Source of the DNA: an uncultured bacterium
GTDB lineage: Bacteria; CSSED10-310; CAZUFC01
Direction of reading: 5' to 3'
NCBI GenBank assembly: GCA_964619725.1
Contig: CAZUFC010000067.1
Span: forward strand, 1-45,580
DNA: 45,580 nucleotides
A program made the position numbers and the translations under genes. The notes under the pieces were generated by a model. The model searched no databases. It saw only the letters and a program-made list of their open reading frames with translations, and was not told the origin of the DNA. Positions 40,100-45,580 of this stretch are shown one piece after another. Each line of letters opens with the position of its first letter. The stretch's first letter is position 1.

Positions 40100-43000
40100 T
40101 CACAACGATTCCGACAGGAGTTTGAAACGGCTTTGCCAGGCTTGTATGCGCTGTTTACCGTCAAAATCCGGAGGCATATCCATTTCCATTATCAGACGCA
40201 GATGTTTGCGACCCAGTTCAAGAAAACCGGAACGATTACGCTCTGGCAAATCCGTTACGGCCGCTATACCGAGACAACTTTCGATCAGCGCTTCATGCGC
40301 CTCCCATTTGCGACGGAAATACCATTCTTCCAGCAACGGCGAAAACAGGATTTTCTGAAGCATGCAGGGTCCTTCGCCGGCATATTGCAATGCAAAGGTA
40401 CGTTTGCCTGGATCACCGGGTTGATATTTCAATGAATTCGTCTTCTTTTCGATCACTTGAGCGTTTTTCAGTATGAAAGTATTCTCCGGATTATCCTTGG
40501 CACATTGAAAGATGAATTCAACCGTGAAAGGAGTCATGAATTGTCGGTTCTCCCCATGAAAATTAACATCATCCGCCCTGTGACGATCATTGTAACGGAC
40601 TCCGGCGCCGCTTATTTGCGTCCAGGGACAGGAGATTATCTCAGCGGCATCATAAGCAGTCGTCAACTGTTCGGCGGCTTGTCGAAGGTCCATTCTTTCC
40701 AGCCTGTAGAGAACGGAGTCCCACATATTACGTTCGGCATAGGCGTTTATCAGTCGAACAAGAAGCGAATAATCGCCGGGGCGGAGCTCGATGGCTTTTT
40801 CGTAATGCGTGGCCGACTTCAACAACCTGTTATTGCGACCGTATGCTGCACCGAGCAGGGCATGGGCATGCGCTTCCCCGTCGCTGTCTCTGATTTCCTG
40901 CATTCGTGTTTCCAGTAATTCGATCACAGTTTGATAATCGCTGTCTTCAAACGCTGATTCAGCAGCAGAATAAAGGTTTAAATCGGGTCGAACGCCGATG
41001 CTGTTGATTAAATGCGGATAATTAACGGCTATAATGCTCGTACCGGACTCATCCAGCCAAACCTGTTTCGTCCAAGTCGATATGGTATGCATTTCGCCGT
41101 TTGCTCCTTTTTTAATAGTGTGTTTGATCTCATCCTCGCCGATAAAATTTCTTCGGAAGTAAGGCTCTTCCATTTGCATAAAAAAGTCATGCGGAGGCAG
41201 TTCATGCAATTCAACGATCAGTTGATAAGCGCCTGGAGGCAGCCGTCGCGACCATTTTCCGGTTTTACGATTGTATTCATAGGGTATGAGAACGAAATTT
41301 TCGGGGTTTGCGATGCGATTAACCGCGGTTAAGCTCCGGGAATTCTGACTGAAGGCGGAGAGGGAAGAGTAGAGGTTCATTTTTCGATGGAGTTGGGCGT
41401 TTCGGGAATAATGGTCCAGGATTCTCTGTTTTTCGGGGATCAGGGCGCACCAGATTGACGCTGCGATGAACATGGCTGCGGAAGCGGTGAGGATGGGGCG
41501 TCTGCCGCGGTTGAAGGCGTTCAGGCTGAGGAAGGGGAAGAACAGCAAGAGGAGGGAAAAGAGCAGCAGGCTGCGATTATTTTTATCGGGCGGTTGCGTT
41601 TCCCTGACGAGTTCAGGAAAGAGTCCGGCTTTTTCGGCGGCGGGACCGCTGTGGGGAGGAGAAACGTATTCCAGGCGATGGTGGAGAAGGCGAGGTTCTT
41701 TGAAGACCGATAAGGGATAGAGGAGGCTGAGAAGGAGAAGGGCGACGGCGACGGTCCTGGCGAAACCTCTGTTCAGTTTTTCAAATCCGAAGCCGGCGAC
41801 AGGGACAAGAAGCAGGACGATGGGTGCGAGGAATCGAGCCGGCGGGCTGTAACCCATCCATCGGAAAGAGGTATGTGATGCGACCATCAGAAAATAGGGG
41901 ACGACCACGAGCAGGACGGCTCCGCCCATAATTCTGCATTTAATTTTATCTTCGCGGCCGTGTTTTTTTTTCGTCCAGAAAAGGTGAATGAAACCGGGCA
42001 GCGCCAGAATAAAAAAGGGACTGTAAACAAGCAGACCGAACTCACCGTCGAAGAGAAGCGCGGGAATGCCTTTTATCATGGAAAGGTCGAGAATGGATGT
42101 GGATTGCACGTATTCTTCATAGGCCAGGAAGGGATTAACGGTTCCGAAACTTTTGAAGTAATAGAATGCCAGCGAACCGGCTCCGACGACAAGTCCGAAC
42201 CAGAACGGGAGAGTCAGGAGTTTTTTTCTTCCGGGCGACGAGACGGCAGTCACGACAAGCAGGAGAGCGGACAGCAGGGCATATTTGATATGGAAAAAGG
42301 GAAGAAAAGCCAGGGCGCCGCCGCAGATCAGACCCCATAAACGTTTGTATTTTCTGTTTTTAAAAGCTTCGTAAAAGAGAAAAAACGTCAGGAATGCGGC
42401 CGGCAGTTCCGGGTAAATTCTGAGCGAGAAAAAGATTATCGGTACGGACAGGCTTCCGGCGACGGAGAATAATGCTGCTGTCCAGAGCCGCATTTTATTT
42501 TTCATAAAAAGAAACAGCAGGAGAGCGGTCAATGCTCCCATCAGGTTGAAAATTCCGACAATGCCGTCCAATCCGAAGAGCCTGTAAGGAATTGCGGTCA
42601 GGATAGCGGAACCGATGGAATGAATGGAATATATCCCGCTGCCGGCGCCCCGGAGTTCATGATGCAGTCTCAGCCAGTCAGCGGGCCAGTATTCATTATA
42701 TCCCGGTTCGTCGTCGGCCAGGTTGAAGTCCAGGTCGTAGGCGAAAGAATCGGTCAGTTTGAGGTATTGCGGTTCGTCGCCGCTGAGGGCGACCCGGGGG
42801 GTTATCCTTGCCGTAAAAGCGCGTATGACGATCAGCGACAACAGAAAGAGCAGGATCGGCAGCGTTTTTACCATGATCCTTCTCAGACCCCATGCGCCGA
42901 AGCGGTTTTTGAATCTTTCCAGGATGAAATTCATATCCTTGAGAATGGAGAATATCCAGTAAGACAATACTATAAGGAACAAAAAATCTCGGTGACGAAA

Positions 43001-43426
43001 GATCAGTTCTATTGCGGGTCCGCTGAGTTCCATAGCCGCCGGATTGAATCGCAAAGCCGGCAGCCATAGGAACGCGAAAGGAAGGAGTCGGCGGGCTTCT
43101 CGGCGCACATCCGTTTCAACAGGCGTATATTTTCCAAACCCGTATTTGAGCAGGCGGATGAGAGCAAAAGCCAAGGCAGTTCCGGCGACGAGGTATGTTA
43201 TGAGAACCGGGAATCCGCTAAACAGGGCAATGGTTTGATATCCTTGCGGAGACAAGGAAAAGTCGGCCAGAGCGGTTTTCTGGTTGAAAAAATGAAAACC
43301 CAGGGCTGAACCTGAAAAACAGGCGACCAGGAAAGCATGAAATTTATCTTTGGAAGAGGATTGTCCCGGCAGTTGAGCTCTAACAGGTTCGGTAACTCTG
43401 CAGGCGGTTTCCTCCGGTAAGGTCAT
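40100..43426 (-). CDS. GT-C-fold membrane glycosyltransferase-like protein with TPR region, 1108 aa
   Basis: SGDEPQYL...S..YDLDFNL, HSIG, IYPE, GLLVYSP, PPARFL; TPR-like AHALLGAAY...YEKAIELRP. Confidence 0.78.
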   Translation of the reverse strand: MTLPEETACRVTEPVRAQLPGQSSSKDKFHAFLVACFSGSALGFHFFNQKTALADFSLSPQGYQTIALFSGFPVLITYLVAGTALAFALIRLLKYGFGKYTPVETDVRREARRLLPFAFLWLPALRFNPAAMELSGPAIELIFRHRDFLFLIVLSYWIFSILKDMNFILERFKNRFGAWGLRRIMVKTLPILLFLLSLIVIRAFTARITPRVALSGDEPQYLKLTDSFAYDLDFNLADDEPGYNEYWPADWLRLHHELRGAGSGIYSIHSIGSAILTAIPYRLFGLDGIVGIFNLMGALTALLLFLFMKNKMRLWTAALFSVAGSLSVPIIFFSLRIYPELPAAFLTFFLFYEAFKNRKYKRLWGLICGGALAFLPFFHIKYALLSALLLVVTAVSSPGRKKLLTLPFWFGLVVGAGSLAFYYFKSFGTVNPFLAYEEYVQSTSILDLSMIKGIPALLFDGEFGLLVYSPFFILALPGFIHLFWTKKKHGREDKIKCRIMGGAVLLVVVPYFLMVASHTSFRWMGYSPPARFLAPIVLLLVPVAGFGFEKLNRGFARTVAVALLLLSLLYPLSVFKEPRLLHHRLEYVSPPHSGPAAEKAGLFPELVRETQPPDKNNRSLLLFSLLLLFFPFLSLNAFNRGRRPILTASAAMFIAASIWCALIPEKQRILDHYSRNAQLHRKMNLYSSLSAFSQNSRSLTAVNRIANPENFVLIPYEYNRKTGKWSRRLPPGAYQLIVELHELPPHDFFMQMEEPYFRRNFIGEDEIKHTIKKGANGEMHTISTWTKQVWLDESGTSIIAVNYPHLINSIGVRPDLNLYSAAESAFEDSDYQTVIELLETRMQEIRDSDGEAHAHALLGAAYGRNNRLLKSATHYEKAIELRPGDYSLLVRLINAYAERNMWDSVLYRLERMDLRQAAEQLTTAYDAAEIISCPWTQISGAGVRYNDRHRADDVNFHGENRQFMTPFTVEFIFQCAKDNPENTFILKNAQVIEKKTNSLKYQPGDPGKRTFALQYAGEGPCMLQKILFSPLLEEWYFRRKWEAHEALIESCLGIAAVTDLPERNRSGFLELGRKHLRLIMEMDMPPDFDGKQRIQAWQSRFKLLSESL

Positions 43427-43436
43427 TTCGTCATTT

Positions 43437-44717
43437 TCAGGATTTAACGGGAATTAAATCAGCGTAAAATATGCGGAAGGAGAGTTTTCTTGTGTCGGAG
43501 CCGCCTTTGTCTGCCGGACGGAATACATTACTGCCTTTCAGATGAAGTCTGACTATCTTTTCTTCCCCCAGCAGATTCCTGTCGATATTGAAAATTCGAG
43601 TGAAGGTTTCGGCGCCCGGTTTTATCACGCCGATTTCTTTGTCGTTGAGATTGCAGGTAATGGTTATATCGCCTGCAGTGGTATCTATCCCGCCCTTGAA
43701 AACCAGCCTTGCATTTTTTTCAGGATTGCCGAATTCAATGATGCTGTCTCCGTCAGACCATCGCCATTCCTGCAAACCCACTTTTTCCGCGGGATGCCAC
43801 CCTTCGGCGAAATGCATGCTGTCGACGGATATATCCTTAAAATAGATGCCTAATAAACGCTCATCATCGCTTACGCCGCAATCCTTGGGCACAAAAGCGG
43901 CGGACGATTCGAATTCCATCGCCTGCCATTTCGCTTCATCCAATTCATCCTGGTATATGATGAAGGATAAAGGGATATTCTCTGAATCCAGAGTGATTTC
44001 CGATTTTGTTTCACCGTTAAATCTAACCTGCATGACCGGCGGATTCTCGAAACATTTCACCTGCGTTCCCACCGTCATGTGAGCGAAGCAGGTCTGGTGA
44101 GGGTTTTTAAACTCATAAACCGCCTGGGGTTGCGACCAGCGGAAACTCTGATCTCCGATAAATTCCGGCTGATACCATCCCGATTTGTATATTGCGTTTT
44201 CCATCGGTTCGATGAAAAACTTGCCCAGCAGCGCTTTCCGGATCGGCTCGCCCTCCTGACCCTTGACCGCGTATTTTTTCCCCGGATTATTCAGGTCGTA
44301 AAAACCTATTTTCCAATTATAATGAGGCGTCACCAATCCTTCAGGTATCTTTATCAGACGCTCGTACTGGATAGTCTGGTCCGGCTTCCATTCCGTCACC
44401 GGAGTATCCGGAGCATGGTCTTCCTGCCAGACTATTTTCCCGTCATAATTCAGAAAATGAACGAATACGGTCAAAGGCTTTTCCGGCGGAACGAAATTTT
44501 CGCCGGTCTGCCAGCGGTAAATGACATGCATCAGATTGCCCGTTTTTGTGAAAAACCTGTCCTTCAGTTTTCCCACTTCGGAAAAAGTATCCTTGATCTC
44601 TGCAGTAGGCTGAGCATCAATATAAACGGCATCCGGCATCTTTTTTTCTTCGGAACAACCCCCTGAAAAGAAACAAAATGCGATTGCTGCTGCTAAAGTT
44701 AAACCCCTTATTCTCAT
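43437..44717 (-). CDS. Putative lipoprotein with three beta-sandwich modules
   Basis: Signal with FSGGC lipobox; VFVHF...EDH.P...W module; two GW..PE/AE...RWS...D.R.L modules. Confidence 0.75.
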   Translation of the reverse strand: MRIRGLTLAAAIAFCFFSGGCSEEKKMPDAVYIDAQPTAEIKDTFSEVGKLKDRFFTKTGNLMHVIYRWQTGENFVPPEKPLTVFVHFLNYDGKIVWQEDHAPDTPVTEWKPDQTIQYERLIKIPEGLVTPHYNWKIGFYDLNNPGKKYAVKGQEGEPIRKALLGKFFIEPMENAIYKSGWYQPEFIGDQSFRWSQPQAVYEFKNPHQTCFAHMTVGTQVKCFENPPVMQVRFNGETKSEITLDSENIPLSFIIYQDELDEAKWQAMEFESSAAFVPKDCGVSDDERLLGIYFKDISVDSMHFAEGWHPAEKVGLQEWRWSDGDSIIEFGNPEKNARLVFKGGIDTTAGDITITCNLNDKEIGVIKPGAETFTRIFNIDRNLLGEEKIVRLHLKGSNVFRPADKGGSDTRKLSFRIFYADLIPVKS

Positions 44718-44840
44718 TTCTCACACCTCCGGACAATATAGCTGTCAAACGACAAAATGATTGACTCACGGCAGTATGGCAGCATAAGCCCGAAGTGTCA
44801 AGACGGCGGGAGAGAAAGAGCCGGACCGATATTAAAATTT

Positions 44841-45080
44841 GGGACGGATCAAATAGGGGTTACAAATTGTGATCTCGATACTCAAAAAGAACTTTCGTGC
44901 TCAGCGGAGCGGCGCTCGTGCTCGTAATCGATCGATTCAAATGATTGACCTGCTTTGCTTTCAAACGACTGTACAGATAAGACCAATGTTTCGATTACGA
45001 TTACCGCTGCCCTGAGCACGAGCACGAAGGATTCAAACTGACAAATTGTAACCCTGAAATGGCTATTTTTGATCAGCGCC
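44841..45080 (+). mobile_element. Family B element with CGTGCTC-palindrome cargo
   Basis: GGGACGGATCAAATAGGGGTTACAAATT ... AAATTGTAACCC ... TTTTGATCAGCGCC. Confidence 0.72.
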
Positions 45081-45528
45081 TCTACGTATGTCCGCGAACA
45101 TTTCCGGGTCAAAAGTGTCTATCGAGACTCCGATAACCGAGTGTCCTGATTTTACCAGATGTTCCGCCGTTTCCTTTGAAAAAATCGTCAAATTGGTAAT
45201 GAACCTGGTGTGGAGATTCAGACTGCGGGCATATTCGATCATACTCATTATATCTTTATGTATCAGCGGTTCGCCGACGCCTTGAATCGTCAGTTTATCC
45301 AGTCCGGGGAACTGAGAGACAATATTTTTAAAAAGGTCGAAACTCATATCCGGTTTGTTGCGATACCACGTTTTCCGCCATTTGGGGCTGGTGCACATCA
45401 CGCAATTGAGATTACACCTCACCGTCGGTTCAATATTGAGGCTTTTAGGAAAAAAAGGTTCGTTTTTCCGGGCTTTGCGCACGGCTTTCAACGCCAGTAA
45501 AGCCTGATAAGGGTCTGATATATAATTA
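45063..45528 (-). pseudogene. Radical SAM protein fragment, 3'-truncated by a family B element
   Basis: IEPTVRCNLNCVMC (CxxxCxxC), GVGEP, SID; the last residues GADQK* are encoded by the element end; MITE-A lies directly upstream. Confidence 0.82.
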
Positions 45529-45580
45529 GTTTTTGTCCATAAACGGCGAATTTCCCCAATACTGCGCCAGCCTGCGGATT
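45529..45580 (-). mobile_element. MITE family A, partial, inverted
   Basis: GTTTTTGTCCATAAACGGCGAATTTCCCC...; flank TAATTA. Confidence 0.8.

Noticed and set aside
20098..44666. Many antisense or overlapping ORFs inside the long genes
   Set aside because: Shadow ORFs of long coding regions with no independent signal.
1..45580. tRNA/rRNA genes, integrase or prophage genes
   Set aside because: None recognised by eye; tRNAscan/Infernal were not run.

Overview
Bacterial accessory/defence region from an unidentified lineage. It carries an apparently complete type I-G (formerly I-U) CRISPR-Cas locus: cas4-cas1 fusion, cas2, a boxA-containing leader, an array of 64 repeats and 63 spacers (manual count), then csb1/cas7, csb2/cas5-6, cas3 with C-terminal HD domain and a short cas8g. 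A convergent lone type III-B cmr6 follows, with a decayed upstream partner. Next come three toxin-antitoxin loci (frameshifted vapC, intact vapBC, abiEii with a truncated antitoxin), a 1850-aa modular secreted protein with an IPTL-CTERM-like tail, an N4-C methyltransferase fused to a nuclease-like domain, and a minus-strand cluster of GT-C-type membrane glycosyltransferases plus a lipoprotein. The intergenic DNA is saturated with nested non-autonomous elements. Family A is a 200-bp MITE with 6-7 bp target duplications ending in TA (6 copies). Family B has GG(G/C)A(C/T)TGATCAAA ends and interchangeable repeat cargo (about 10 copies or stubs), and several copies abut truncated genes. No transposase is encoded in the window. 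All calls come from reading motifs by eye; no database searches were run.
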